A stretch of 64,000 nucleotides of DNA from Nitrospirota bacterium (GTDB lineage Bacteria; Nitrospirota; UBA9217), in contig CAWFSF010000006.1 of the NCBI GenBank assembly GCA_963818475.1, positions 192,001 through 256,000 on the forward strand, read 5' to 3'. The notes below the pieces were generated by a model. That model was given only the letters and a program-made list of their open reading frames with translations, did no database searches and was not told the origin of the DNA. A program made the position numbers and the translations under genes. Each line of letters begins with the position of its first letter. Positions within the stretch are counted from its first letter, which is position 1. Below are positions 14,593 through 25,973 of this stretch, one piece after another.

Positions 14593-16158
14593 ATGTCTTC
14601 TGAGAAAACACAGGTTGCCCGGGCCGCCGGTATCGTCGGATCAGCCACGCTTCTTTCCCGCCTCATGGGGTATGCGCGGGACATGGTCATGTCCTGGGCC
14701 TTTGGCACGGGACTGGCCGCAGACGCTTTCTATGTAGCTTATCGCATCCCGAACCTTTTGCGCGAGCTTCTTGCAGAAGGGTCCATGTCGGCGGCGTTCA
14801 TCCCGGTCTTTACCGAAACGCTTACCAAAGAGTCAAAGGAGAGCGCACGCCACCTGGCGAATGCGGTCTTCGCGCGGCTGCTCGTGATCCTTGCGGTCCT
14901 GACCCTGCTGGGCATCATCTTTGCCCCTTTTGTGGTCAAGGCGATCGCCTGGGGGTTCAAGGCTGATCCCGACAAGTATGCCACGACGGTCATGCTCACC
15001 CGGATCATGTTCCCCTATCTGCTGTTCATCGGCCTTGCTGCCCTGGCCATGGGCATGCTGAACTCTCTCCGCTCGTTCCTGGCTCCGGCGCTTTCGCCGG
15101 TGATGCTGAATATCATGACTATCTCCTCCGTTCTGCTGAGCCTCTGGCTCCTGCCGAATCCCATCTATGGCGTCGCCGTGGGTGTGGTCCTGGGCGGACT
15201 GTTCCAGTTTCTGATCCAGGTGCCGGGGCTCAGGAAACAGGGGATGATGATGCGGCCCGAGTTTCAGCCGAGCCATCCCGGGGTCGCGAAGGTCGGTCGG
15301 CTCGCCCTGCCGATCATGCTGAGCTCGTCGGTCACCCAGGTCAATATCTTTGTCAGCACCATCCTTGCCTCGTTCCTCGCCACCGGGAGCATTACCTATC
15401 TCTTTTACGGCATGCGGTTCATTCATTTCCCGCTCGGCATCTTCGGCATCGCCATTGCCACGGCAGTGCTGCCGACCATGTCGGCCCAGGCAGCGCGCAG
15501 CGAGACCGAGGCGTTCCGCGAGACCCTGTCCCTGGGGCTCCGGCTCGTGTTCTTCATCATGTTCCCGGCCATGGCCGGCCTTATTGTCCTTCGCGTTCCG
15601 ATCGTGAACCTGCTGCTCGAGCACGGCCAGTTCGACCGCATATCGACCGCAGGAACTGCAGCTGCCATCCTCTATTATTCCATCGGCCTCTGGGCCTTTG
15701 CCGGCGTGCGCATCGTTGCCCAGGCCTTCTATTCGCTGCAGGACACCAAAACGCCCGTCAAGATCGCCGCCCTTGCCATGACCGCGAACATCCTGCTCAG
15801 CATCGTCCTCATGGGGCCGCTCGCCCATGGAGGCCTGGCGCTCGCCACGTCGCTTGCTGCCATGCTGAACATCGGCCTGCTCACGCTGCAGCTCCGGAAA
15901 AAGATCGGCCGCATGGACGGCGGAAGGATCATGACCTCGCTTTTCAGGATCATACCGGCATCTGCCGTCATGGGCGCCATCGGCTGGTGGGTCAGCAGGG
16001 ACCCGGTATGGGAATCGCGGGGGAATACGCTGTACAAGTCCGAACTGCTCGCGGGCACTATGGCCGTGAGCGCGCTGTTCTATGTGATGCTGATGTGGGC
16101 CTTACGGAGCGAGGAGCTGAAGTTCATCTGGGGGATGGTGAAGAGGAAGCGAAGGTAA
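14593..16158 (+). CDS. murJ: Lipid II flippase MurJ
   Basis: SRLMGYARD, ADAF..AYRIPN..R..LAEG, FYSLQDTKTP. Confidence 0.96.
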   Translation: MSSEKTQVARAAGIVGSATLLSRLMGYARDMVMSWAFGTGLAADAFYVAYRIPNLLRELLAEGSMSAAFIPVFTETLTKESKESARHLANAVFARLLVILAVLTLLGIIFAPFVVKAIAWGFKADPDKYATTVMLTRIMFPYLLFIGLAALAMGMLNSLRSFLAPALSPVMLNIMTISSVLLSLWLLPNPIYGVAVGVVLGGLFQFLIQVPGLRKQGMMMRPEFQPSHPGVAKVGRLALPIMLSSSVTQVNIFVSTILASFLATGSITYLFYGMRFIHFPLGIFGIAIATAVLPTMSAQAARSETEAFRETLSLGLRLVFFIMFPAMAGLIVLRVPIVNLLLEHGQFDRISTAGTAAAILYYSIGLWAFAGVRIVAQAFYSLQDTKTPVKIAALAMTANILLSIVLMGPLAHGGLALATSLAAMLNIGLLTLQLRKKIGRMDGGRIMTSLFRIIPASAVMGAIGWWVSRDPVWESRGNTLYKSELLAGTMAVSALFYVMLMWALRSEELKFIWGMVKRKRR

Positions 16159-16164
16159 TTCGGA

Positions 16165-16711
16165 ATGCGGAATGCGGAATGCGGAATAAAAAATGTTGCT
16201 TTTCGGACGTCTCTCGGCTGGGTCGGTGTGGCGGTGACAGAACAGGGAATATCCCGGATCGTCCTGCCGAAGAAGGATAAAACGGCTGTGGAGCAGGAAC
16301 TGCGTAGCTCGGAGTTCGGGGTTCGGAGTTCGGAAGTATGCAATGCGTCAAATCCTCATCATCCTGAAAAAAGCAGTGAAGCTTCTCCAGCATTACTTCT
16401 CGGGCGAAAGCGTTTTATTTGACCTTCCGCTCGATTTACGGTATTATACGCCCTTCCAGCAGGCGGTATGGAAGGCGGCTGCAGCGATCCCTTCCGGCGA
16501 AACGCAGTCCTACGCCTGGATCGCGAAACGGATCAGGAACCCGAAAGCCAGCCGTGCCGTGGGCCAGGCGCTCGGCGCGAATCCGGTCCCGATCATCATT
16601 CCCTGCCACCGTGTCATCAGTTCAACGGGAACCATGGGCGGCTACTCCGGCGGGCTTGGGATGAAGAAGCAGCTGCTGGAGCTCGAGACGCATGCCAAAG
16701 GCAACCATTGA
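16165..16711 (+). CDS. ogt: Methylated-DNA--protein-cysteine methyltransferase (frameshift near an internal repeat)
   Basis: RAVGQALGANP, active-site IPCHRV, GGYSGG; N-terminal part in another frame. Confidence 0.88.
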
Positions 16712-16852
16712 GGCACCGAGGCAGGGGATCGTTCAATTCGCCGTGATCCTCTCGGCGTTCCTGGCGGTGATGTGGCTGGCCTGGTTCTCCTATTTGTATA
16801 ATGCAGGAAAAAAAGATCCAAGCCGATCTGCCGGCATAACGGCGAATGATAG

Positions 16853-16901
16853 CCCCTCACCCCACCCTCTCCCCTCGGTGGAGAGGATAAAGGTGAGGGG
16901 G
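16853..16901. repeat. REP-like palindrome
   Basis: CCCCTCACCCCACCCTCTCC...GGAGAGG...GGTGAGGGG. Confidence 0.7.
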
Positions 16902-16916
16902 GATTTTCAGGTGAAT

Positions 16917-17555
16917 ATGCTATTAATGAGACTGGTGGTCGGGCCGCTCCAGGTGAATTGTTTCATCATCGCGGACGAAAAGACCAAAGAAGCCGTGGTC
17001 ATCGATCCCGGTGACGATGCCGCTGACATCCTGAAGCTTATCAAGGAAAAGGACCTCAAGGTCAAGTACATCGTGAACACCCACGGACACTTCGACCATG
17101 TCGGCGCGAATAAGGCCGTCAAAGAGGCCACGGGTGCGGAGATCCTCATGCATGAGGCCGATGCGCAGCTTATGGCTTCGGCTGCAAGCCAGTCCTCGGC
17201 TTTCGGCATGAGAGCTGTCTCGTCCCCGCCGGCAGACCGGTTCGTGAAGGACGGGGATGTGATCACTGCCGGGGAAATAGCGCTCAAGGTCGTGCATACG
17301 CCGGGTCATTCCCAGGGCGGCATCTGCCTGCTCGGGCAGGGTATGGCCTTTACCGGAGATTCGCTCTTTGCCGGTTCCATCGGCAGGACCGATTTCCCGG
17401 GCGGCGACCTCAAGACCCTGCTCCGCTCCATCAAGAAGAATCTCCTGACCCTGCCGGACGACACCAAGGTCTTTTCCGGACACGGCCCGGCGTCCACCAT
17501 CGGCGATGAGCGGAAGGAGAACCCCTTCCTGAACAAAGAATCGGGGTTCGAATAA
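16917..17555 (+). CDS. MBL-fold metallo-hydrolase (glyoxalase II-like)
   Basis: THGHFDH, HTPGHS, FTGD, SGHG. Confidence 0.92.
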   Translation: MLLMRLVVGPLQVNCFIIADEKTKEAVVIDPGDDAADILKLIKEKDLKVKYIVNTHGHFDHVGANKAVKEATGAEILMHEADAQLMASAASQSSAFGMRAVSSPPADRFVKDGDVITAGEIALKVVHTPGHSQGGICLLGQGMAFTGDSLFAGSIGRTDFPGGDLKTLLRSIKKNLLTLPDDTKVFSGHGPASTIGDERKENPFLNKESGFE

Positions 17556-17627
17556 TCCGGTTTTCCTTGAGGTTTTCCGCGTAGTGTGGTAAAGTACCCA
17601 ACCCTGAAGCACCGAAGCGAGGCTTTT

Positions 17628-17735
17628 ATCCGCAGATTTCGCAGATGAGCGCAGATTTTAAAAAAATAGGTCAAGTTCGTTATAATCGGTGGAATCTGCG
17701 TCGCTTAGAAGCGCCTACTTTTGGAATCTGTGGAT
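17628..17735. repeat. Nonamer-type inverted repeat
   Basis: atccgcagatttcgcagatgagcgcagatt ... aatctgcg ... aatctgtggat. Confidence 0.65.
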
Positions 17736-17745
17736 GCGCTGCTGA

Positions 17746-19245
<1,500 letters not shown>

Positions 19246-19319
19246 CAATTGCGGATTGCGGATTTCGGATTGCGGATTGAACGGCTAAACCGGAAATTCG
19301 TTAAAAGTACTATAACAGC

Positions 19320-19499
19320 ATGGCAAAAGTCACGAATATTGATAAAGCGCGAAGCGCGAAGACCAAAAAAGAAGCGAACGCTCATCAAGCTGACGGTTTC
19401 ACTCCCTGCAGTCCTGATATGACGATCTGCGGCGACTGCACTGACAACCGCGCGAAGAAAAAATGTCCGCGGCTGAAGGAATGGCTGGCAAAGAGATAG
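19320..19499 (+). CDS. Small 59-aa four-cysteine protein (not in ORF track)
   Basis: Manual translation MAKVTNIDKARSAKTKKEANAHQADGFTPCSPDMTICGDCTDNRAKKKCPRLKEWLAKR. Confidence 0.55.
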   Translation: MAKVTNIDKARSAKTKKEANAHQADGFTPCSPDMTICGDCTDNRAKKKCPRLKEWLAKR

Positions 19500-19657
19500 T
19501 ACTCGTAATGCGTTCGATAAGCGAAACTGAAAACCCTGAGTTTTATACAGACTCAGGGTTTTTTGTCGGATTAGGACGAAGGCTATGTGCTGGAATGAAC
19601 AGGGTTGGTAAACATCGCAAGGCTGCATCCCCAAACCAGGAATTGCAGGCAGTCATC

Positions 19658-22291
19658 ATGCCCGTCGGCACGGTGCGTATCGAGTGGATTGAGACGCGCG
19701 AGCCCTTTGACAAGAGCAAAAGTCTGCTTGAACGGGAGCTATTCAGGCGATTCTCGGAAAATCCGGACGGCGCTTTTCTTTTTCTGGGGTTCCGCGACAG
19801 CTCCGTTCGCCTTTCCCCGTCACTCCATTTTTTGCGCAGCTTCTGCGGTCTGTTTGCCAGCAAGCTCAGGCACACGCCGGACCTTGAATCCATCCGGCAT
19901 AAGGTCACTGTGGCGCTCAGCGATGAGGAGCGGGAGCATGCGCTTGCGGCCGTCCCTCTGATGACCGGCGCCGAGTACCTGAGCAGGGCGGTGCTGGACT
20001 ATCTCTGGCAGCGGCTCCACGACGAGTTCCGCAGCGAGATCAGGGAATACCCGGGGACGGTCGAGGAGTTCATCGGGCAATACAGCCCCGACGTGCACCT
20101 GGCAGGACGCGTGTTCTTCCATCTCATTGAGAGCAAAAAAGAGGCTCATCCCTTCGGATTTCTCGCCACCTACACGACCCCGCTGAACAAAAAAGGAAGG
20201 TCGCACCGGCATCGTCTGCAGCATGCGCTGACCGAATACGGCAGGGACAGTCAGCAGTTGTCCGATCTGCTCACGACGGTTCAGCGCGCAGCCAGGGAGA
20301 GCGCCTTTGTCGCAGGTCTTCTGGAAAGCGGAGATCTGTTCAAGCACCTGGCCTGGTCCGCGAAAGAGGCCTACACCTTTCTGCAGGAGATCCCTTTGTA
20401 TGAGCAGTCGGGCATTCTGTGCCGCATCCCCGACTGGTGGAAGGGCGGATCAGCAAAGCTGCAGGTCAGCATCTCCATTGGCGACAGCCGGCCTTCCACC
20501 GTGGGGATGGAGGCCTTGCTCAGCTTCGACATGGGGCTGCTTTTTGAGGACACGCCGGTCTCCCTGGAGGAGGCCCGGCGATTGCTCGAAGCCTCGGAAG
20601 GGCTCGCGCTGATCAAGAACCGCTGGGTGGCGGTGGACCCGGAAAAGCTGCGCCAGACCCTCGATGCCTACGAAAAAGCGCGCACGCTGGCCAGACGCGA
20701 GGGGCTTACGTTCCGCGATGCGCTCCGCTTTCAGCTGAACCCCGGGGCGCTTCTGGATATCACCGGCACGGAAGCGGTGGTGACGGTCAACACCGGTGAG
20801 TGGCTGGAAACGGTCATGGTAAAGATGCGCCGCCCCGAGCTCGTCGCCCCGGTCGTCATGGCGCCGACCTTCAAGGCGGAACTAAGGCCCTATCAGGTAA
20901 AAGGCGTGAGCTGGCTTTCCTTTCTGCACTCCCTCAATTTCGGCATGTGCCTTGCCGATGACATGGGGCTTGGCAAGACCGTGCAGGTCCTGGCGCTGCT
21001 CCATCTGCTGAAGCACCGGGGAGAGAAAGGCGCGAGCCTTGTGGTGATCCCTGCATCGCTGATCGCCAACTGGGCGAACGAGATCATGCGGTTCGCGCCG
21101 GACCTTGCGTTCTATACTGCTCATCCTGCCGGGAACGATTCCAACAGCGTGGAGCCGAAGGAAGCGCATGAACTTGACGAACTCGACCTGGTGATCACGA
21201 CCTACTCGATGGTGCAGAAGTACGAATGGCTCCATGCCTACGACTGGAAGTACGTTGTCCTCGACGAGGCGCAGGCGATCAAAAATCCGAACACCAAGCA
21301 GACCAAAGCGGTCAAGAAGCTGAAATCCGTCAATCGCATTGTCATGACCGGCACGCCGGTGGAGAACCGGCTTTCCGATCTCTGGTCTCTCTTCGATTTC
21401 ATCAACCCGGGCCTTCTCGGCAGCAGCAAGGAGTTCAGCAAGTTCGCCCGGAACCTGTCCCAGGACCCCGAAGGATACGGCCGGCTCAGGAAGGTCATCA
21501 GCCCCTACATTCTTCGGCGGCTCAAGACGGACAAGACGGTCATCTCCGATCTGCCGGAAAAGGTCGAGATGAAGACGTGGTCGTTGTTGAGCAGAAAACA
21601 GGCGGTGCTTTATCAGAAGCTGGTGGACGATCTCCGGGGGGCCATCGAAGGCGCGGAAGGCATCCAGAGAAAAGGGCTCATCCTGAGCTCGCTCATGAAG
21701 TTCAAACAGCTCTGCAATCACCCGGCCCAGTATCTCGGTACGGGAATATACGACGAGAGCGACAGCGGTAAATTCAGCCGGCTGCGCGAGATCTGCGAAA
21801 CGATCCATGAAAAGCGGGAACGGGTCCTGGTGTTCACCCAGTTCCGGGAGATCACGGACCCGCTTTCAAAATTTTTAAGAGACATATTCGGCAAGCAGGG
21901 TCTCGTGCTGCATGGCGGCACGCCCGTGGGGAAGAGGAAGGACCTCGTGGCACGCTTTCAGGATGAGGACTATGTGCCCTACATGGTGCTGTCGCTCAAA
22001 GCCGGCGGCGTGGGGCTCAATCTTACCGCGGCGAACCACGTTATCCATTTCGACCGGTGGTGGAACCCGGCAGTCGAGAACCAGGCAACCGACCGGGCAT
22101 TCAGGATCGGCCAGAAGAAGAACGTGATCGTCCACAAGTTCATCACCAAAGGGACGGTCGAGGAAAAGATCGACGAGATGATCGAGGGGAAACTGAAACT
22201 CTCGACCGAGGTCATCCAGTCCGGGTCCGAGGCCTGGATCACGGAGATGAGCAATGATCAGTTGATGGACATGTTCACGCTGACGATCTGA
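19658..22291 (+). CDS. SNF2-family helicase-like ATPase (start uncertain)
   Basis: LADDMGLGKT, DEAQAIKN, TGTPVEN, WWNPAVENQATDRAFRIGQ. Confidence 0.93.
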   Translation: MPVGTVRIEWIETREPFDKSKSLLERELFRRFSENPDGAFLFLGFRDSSVRLSPSLHFLRSFCGLFASKLRHTPDLESIRHKVTVALSDEEREHALAAVPLMTGAEYLSRAVLDYLWQRLHDEFRSEIREYPGTVEEFIGQYSPDVHLAGRVFFHLIESKKEAHPFGFLATYTTPLNKKGRSHRHRLQHALTEYGRDSQQLSDLLTTVQRAARESAFVAGLLESGDLFKHLAWSAKEAYTFLQEIPLYEQSGILCRIPDWWKGGSAKLQVSISIGDSRPSTVGMEALLSFDMGLLFEDTPVSLEEARRLLEASEGLALIKNRWVAVDPEKLRQTLDAYEKARTLARREGLTFRDALRFQLNPGALLDITGTEAVVTVNTGEWLETVMVKMRRPELVAPVVMAPTFKAELRPYQVKGVSWLSFLHSLNFGMCLADDMGLGKTVQVLALLHLLKHRGEKGASLVVIPASLIANWANEIMRFAPDLAFYTAHPAGNDSNSVEPKEAHELDELDLVITTYSMVQKYEWLHAYDWKYVVLDEAQAIKNPNTKQTKAVKKLKSVNRIVMTGTPVENRLSDLWSLFDFINPGLLGSSKEFSKFARNLSQDPEGYGRLRKVISPYILRRLKTDKTVISDLPEKVEMKTWSLLSRKQAVLYQKLVDDLRGAIEGAEGIQRKGLILSSLMKFKQLCNHPAQYLGTGIYDESDSGKFSRLREICETIHEKRERVLVFTQFREITDPLSKFLRDIFGKQGLVLHGGTPVGKRKDLVARFQDEDYVPYMVLSLKAGGVGLNLTAANHVIHFDRWWNPAVENQATDRAFRIGQKKNVIVHKFITKGTVEEKIDEMIEGKLKLSTEVIQSGSEAWITEMSNDQLMDMFTLTI

Positions 22292-22376
22292 TGCGCAGCA
22301 TGCCCTTGACAAACGCCCTTCGTTGCCCTACTCTAGTTTCACTTCAAAGCGGGACGAACATGAGGTGTAACCTTAT

Positions 22377-23706
22377 ATGAACCCTATCTGTGTAATAGAC
22401 GACGTAGCTTCCATCACCTCCACCGTGGAGGGCATTCTGAAGGACGAGGGATATCAGGTCCTTTCATTTCCTGATGCCGAGAGCTTCTGGCAGAAGCTCG
22501 ACACTATTGAGCCCTCGCTCGTGCTGCTGGATATCTGGCTCCCCGGCATCGACGGCATGCAGCTCCTGAAACAGCTGCATGCCCGGTTCCCCGAACTCCC
22601 CGTCATCATGATGAGCGGACATGCCGGCATCGACGCGGCCGTTGCCGCCATAAAGGCCGGTGCCTACGATTTCATGGAAAAGCCGCTGCATCTGGAGGTC
22701 CTGCTCGACAAGGTTGCGTCCGCCCTGAAACACCGGCCTTCCAAGAGCAGCGAGACCCTGCCCGTCGGATACGCGGCTTGAGATCGCCAGTGCCGACCTT
22801 TCGGTCCCTTCCGGAGTGGTGGAGGTGGAGGATTCCTCCGAGCCGCAGCGCACCCTCAGGGGGAATGTGGTCCTGAACGGCACGGGGCTTTTGAGCGGCC
22901 GGAACACCGGCGTCATCCTGAGTCCCCTCGGGACCAACGAGGGGATCGTTTTTCAAACGCTTGACGGCCAGACCATCCGCGGGCATATTACCGCGCTCGA
23001 GGATTTCGCCCAGACCGGCCAGTCGAAGACCTTCTCTGCCAACTCCACGACCCTGGACAACGGCAGGCGGCGGGTGCGCACCATTGAACATTTGATGGCA
23101 GTCCTTTCCATGTACGGCATCACCAACGTGCTTATAAAGGTTGACGATGAGATACCGAACATTGACGGCTCCGCCAGGGATTTCTGCAAACTCATAGAAG
23201 AGGCTGGGATCGTTGATCAGTCCGCGTCCACGAAGGTTGCCGTTATCCGCAGGAAGATCGGGGTAGGCAACGAGGCGAAGCATGAAAAGCATCTCTATGC
23301 CGAGCCCTTCGAAGGGTTCGAGATATCGATGAGGGTCGATTACCCTGAACCCATAGGGGAACAGGTCCTCACGTTCAATCCTGCAAGCGCGTCCTTTGCA
23401 AAGGATATCGCCCCGGCCCGCTCCTTCAACACCTTCGAGAACATCGAAATGGCGCAGAAGCTCGGAAAGGTCGGCGGCGGATATCTCAATTCCCACATCA
23501 TCATGTACGACGGGAAGGTCATCAACACGGAGCTCCGCTACCCCGACGAATTCGTGCGCCACAAGATACTGGACCTGATCGGAGACCTCTACCTCCTCGG
23601 CTTTCCCATCAAAGGACGCATCATTGCCAACATGACCTCCCACGGCTACAATCAGGCGCTGGTGCAGCGCTTGTACCAGGCGATCCAGAGCAGCGGCGGA
23701 AAGTAG
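22377..23706 (+). CDS. lpxC: Receiver domain fused to LpxC deacetylase (one frameshift at ~22760)
   Basis: REC: VIDD, LLDIW, MSGH, EKP; LpxC: QRTL, TIEHLMA, EIPNIDGSA, HKILDLIGDL; linker PSDTRLEIAS is in the LpxC frame. Confidence 0.85.
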
Positions 23707-23716
23707 GCGTTCCGAA

Positions 23717-23827
23717 AAGCATATGCCTGTAGATGCTTTTCGATGGACATGAAAACGGGAAAAGCATCTACCCGTATATGCATGGTCGGCATCTACAGGT
23801 AGATGCAAGCATATGCCTGTAGATGCT
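23717..23827. repeat. 21-bp direct repeat plus inverted GTAGATGC motifs
   Basis: AAGCATATGCCTGTAGATGCT at 23717-23737 and 23807-23827; GCATCTAC at ~23764 and ~23789. Confidence 0.85.
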
Positions 23828-23838
23828 AGTATATATCT

Positions 23839-25710
23839 GATGGTCTCGTGAGAACAACTGCCGTGCTCGCTCCAAATTAAACGCATGAATCATCATAATT
23901 CCATTGCAGCACAAGGGTTTTCGTGATACATACAGGCATCACTCGTCGTTTTGAGGAGCCAGCATGATCTATACCAAGGATCACAAAACCCACGACATGT
24001 TCGAACCGTTTCCCTTCCTGGGACCCAAACGAAAGCAGCGCATCGAAGCGTCCTGGGCGAAGATTTTCCGGGAACACATCCTCCCAACGCTTCCCGTCGA
24101 GAAGGTTTTTTCCAAGTACGATCCGGCCCTGGGAGCACCGACCAAGGAGCTTTACGCCATGCTCGGCCTCATGGTGATCCAGCAGATGCACGATCTGACC
24201 GACGAGGAAGCCGTAGACCAGTTTGCGTACAACCTCCAGTGGCATTACGCTCTGAACATCACCAGTACAGCCGATGCCGACGCCTATGTCAGTCCCAAAA
24301 CCCTCTGGACCATGCGGGATGTCCTGACCGAGCGGAACCTGTACCAGAACATCTTCGACGAAGTAACGAAGAAGCTTGCCGATGTGTTCAAAGTCGATGT
24401 TTCGAAGCAGCGGTTCGACTCAGTCCATATCTTTTCCAACATGCGCCATCTGGGCCGGATCGGCCTGTTCGTCAAGACCATCAAAAAGTTCCTCGTAAAC
24501 CTCAAGCGCCATCATAAAGACCTCTACGAAGCCCTGGATAAAGCTCTCTCCGACCGATACATGACCAAACAGGGAGACGCCGTCTTCTCGATGGTTAAAC
24601 CCTCGGAATCGATAAAGACCTTAACGACTCTGGCTGACGACGTGTTCACCCTTGTGGAACGTTTCAGGGGGAACGAGCCGGTTGTCACCATGACCAGTTA
24701 TCAGTTCCTTGTCCGGCTGCTCAAGGAGCAGTGCCTCGTACAACGTGTTGATACGCATACCAACCAGGTTTTGGTCAAAGAGAACAAAGACGTGGCTTCT
24801 GACTCATTGCAGAACCCTTCCGACCCTGAGGCTGGATATAGCGGCTATAAGGGCCAAGGTTATCAGATGCAGGTTGCCGAAAGCTACGGCACGTCCGAGG
24901 ATACCGACACCCTGAATTTGATCACCGGTGTGATCATCGAGCCTGCACACAAGCGCGACGCTCACGCCCTGATCCCGCTCATCGAAACCACTGCGGAGCT
25001 TGGTCTGAAGCCCAAGGAAGCCCTGGCGGACACTCTCTACGGCGGTGACGAGAACCGCGGGAAGGCGGAGGCTCTGGGCGTTGAAATCGTTTCGCCGGTC
25101 AAGGGCAAAGGAAGCAAAATTACGGAGACCCTCGCCGAGTTCACCATGAACGGCGAGAACGAGATTACCTCATGCCCAGCGGGATGTACGCCGGAACGGA
25201 CCCGAAGCCACGATGACCGGCATTTCGCGTTTTTCTCAAAAAGAACCTGTCGCGGCTGCTCCCGAAAGGAGACATGTCCGACAAAGCCCGGTCAAAGAGG
25301 ACGCTCTCTCCGGTACGATGATAAAGCGGTCCGGGTTGCCCGGCGCCGTGCGTATGAAGAGTCCCCGGAGTTTCGTGGCCGGTACCGGTTCCGTGCGGGA
25401 ATCGAAGGGACCATGTCCCAGCTTGATCGCTTGACCGGAATAAAGAACCTTCGCGTCCGGGGCATGTCTGCGGTGAGCTTCTCCTCTTACTTAAAAGCGG
25501 CGGGGATCAACATCATCCGGGCGGCGGCGCATCGAAACCGGGAAGCAGAAGGGAAACCCGGATCCGTTAGACACCTTTTCCTCGTTATCTTGTGCTGTCA
25601 AAGAGCAATTGCAACGCGTATCAGAGGCCATCAGATGTTGGAGCAGTCTTCAATCGCCGAATATGCACTGCGAAGCGTCTTTTTGCCGCGTGACTTCTTA
25701 CGAGACCATC
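23839..25710 (+). mobile_element. Insertion sequence, IS1182-like
   Basis: Terminal IRs GATGGTCTCGTGAGAA / TTCTTACGAGACCATC (15/16 match); target duplication ATCT at 23835-23838 and 25711-25714. Confidence 0.9.
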
Positions 25711-25718
25711 ATCTGTAG
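23964..25718 (+). CDS. DDE transposase (IS1182/IS5-superfamily architecture)
   Basis: QRFDSVHI, SLQNPSDPEA, ADTLYG, Cys cluster, YRFRAGIEGT. Confidence 0.9.
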   Translation: MIYTKDHKTHDMFEPFPFLGPKRKQRIEASWAKIFREHILPTLPVEKVFSKYDPALGAPTKELYAMLGLMVIQQMHDLTDEEAVDQFAYNLQWHYALNITSTADADAYVSPKTLWTMRDVLTERNLYQNIFDEVTKKLADVFKVDVSKQRFDSVHIFSNMRHLGRIGLFVKTIKKFLVNLKRHHKDLYEALDKALSDRYMTKQGDAVFSMVKPSESIKTLTTLADDVFTLVERFRGNEPVVTMTSYQFLVRLLKEQCLVQRVDTHTNQVLVKENKDVASDSLQNPSDPEAGYSGYKGQGYQMQVAESYGTSEDTDTLNLITGVIIEPAHKRDAHALIPLIETTAELGLKPKEALADTLYGGDENRGKAEALGVEIVSPVKGKGSKITETLAEFTMNGENEITSCPAGCTPERTRSHDDRHFAFFSKRTCRGCSRKETCPTKPGQRGRSLRYDDKAVRVARRRAYEESPEFRGRYRFRAGIEGTMSQLDRLTGIKNLRVRGMSAVSFSSYLKAAGINIIRAAAHRNREAEGKPGSVRHLFLVILCCQRAIATRIRGHQMLEQSSIAEYALRSVFLPRDFLRDHHL

Positions 25719-25746
25719 ATGACAGGTTACTTATAGTCAATAACTG

Positions 25747-25753
25747 GTTATAA
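25747..25753 (+). other. Candidate attI core (crossover) site
   Basis: GTTATAA is the exact reverse complement of TTATAAC at the first attC; no attC hairpin precedes it. Confidence 0.6.
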
Positions 25754-25951
25754 TTCCCCGAACGAAATCCTCATTCCGAATCCGAGAAGAATGAATCTCA
25801 CAGAATATCGATTCGGAGAGTTCCAATCGAGGCTGATCGCAATAAAATTGAAATCATTGTTCCATCCGGTCCAGAACTGATACTGATGATAGAACTGGAT
25901 GCCGTCGAATTTTCGCGTCAGGCTGATGATCTTTTTTATTTTCAGTGTCAT
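25748..25951 (-). CDS. Cassette 1 hypothetical protein, inverted relative to array
   Basis: 67 aa with GGAGG RBS on minus strand; fills cassette. Confidence 0.6.
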   Translation of the reverse strand: MTLKIKKIISLTRKFDGIQFYHQYQFWTGWNNDFNFIAISLDWNSPNRYSVRFILLGFGMRISFGEL

Positions 25952-25973
25952 TATTGCCTCCGATGAACGGGAA

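Noticed and set aside
23717-23827. 21-bp direct repeats as a mini CRISPR array
   Set aside because: Only two full copies, a 69-bp spacer that contains inverted motif copies, and no cas genes.
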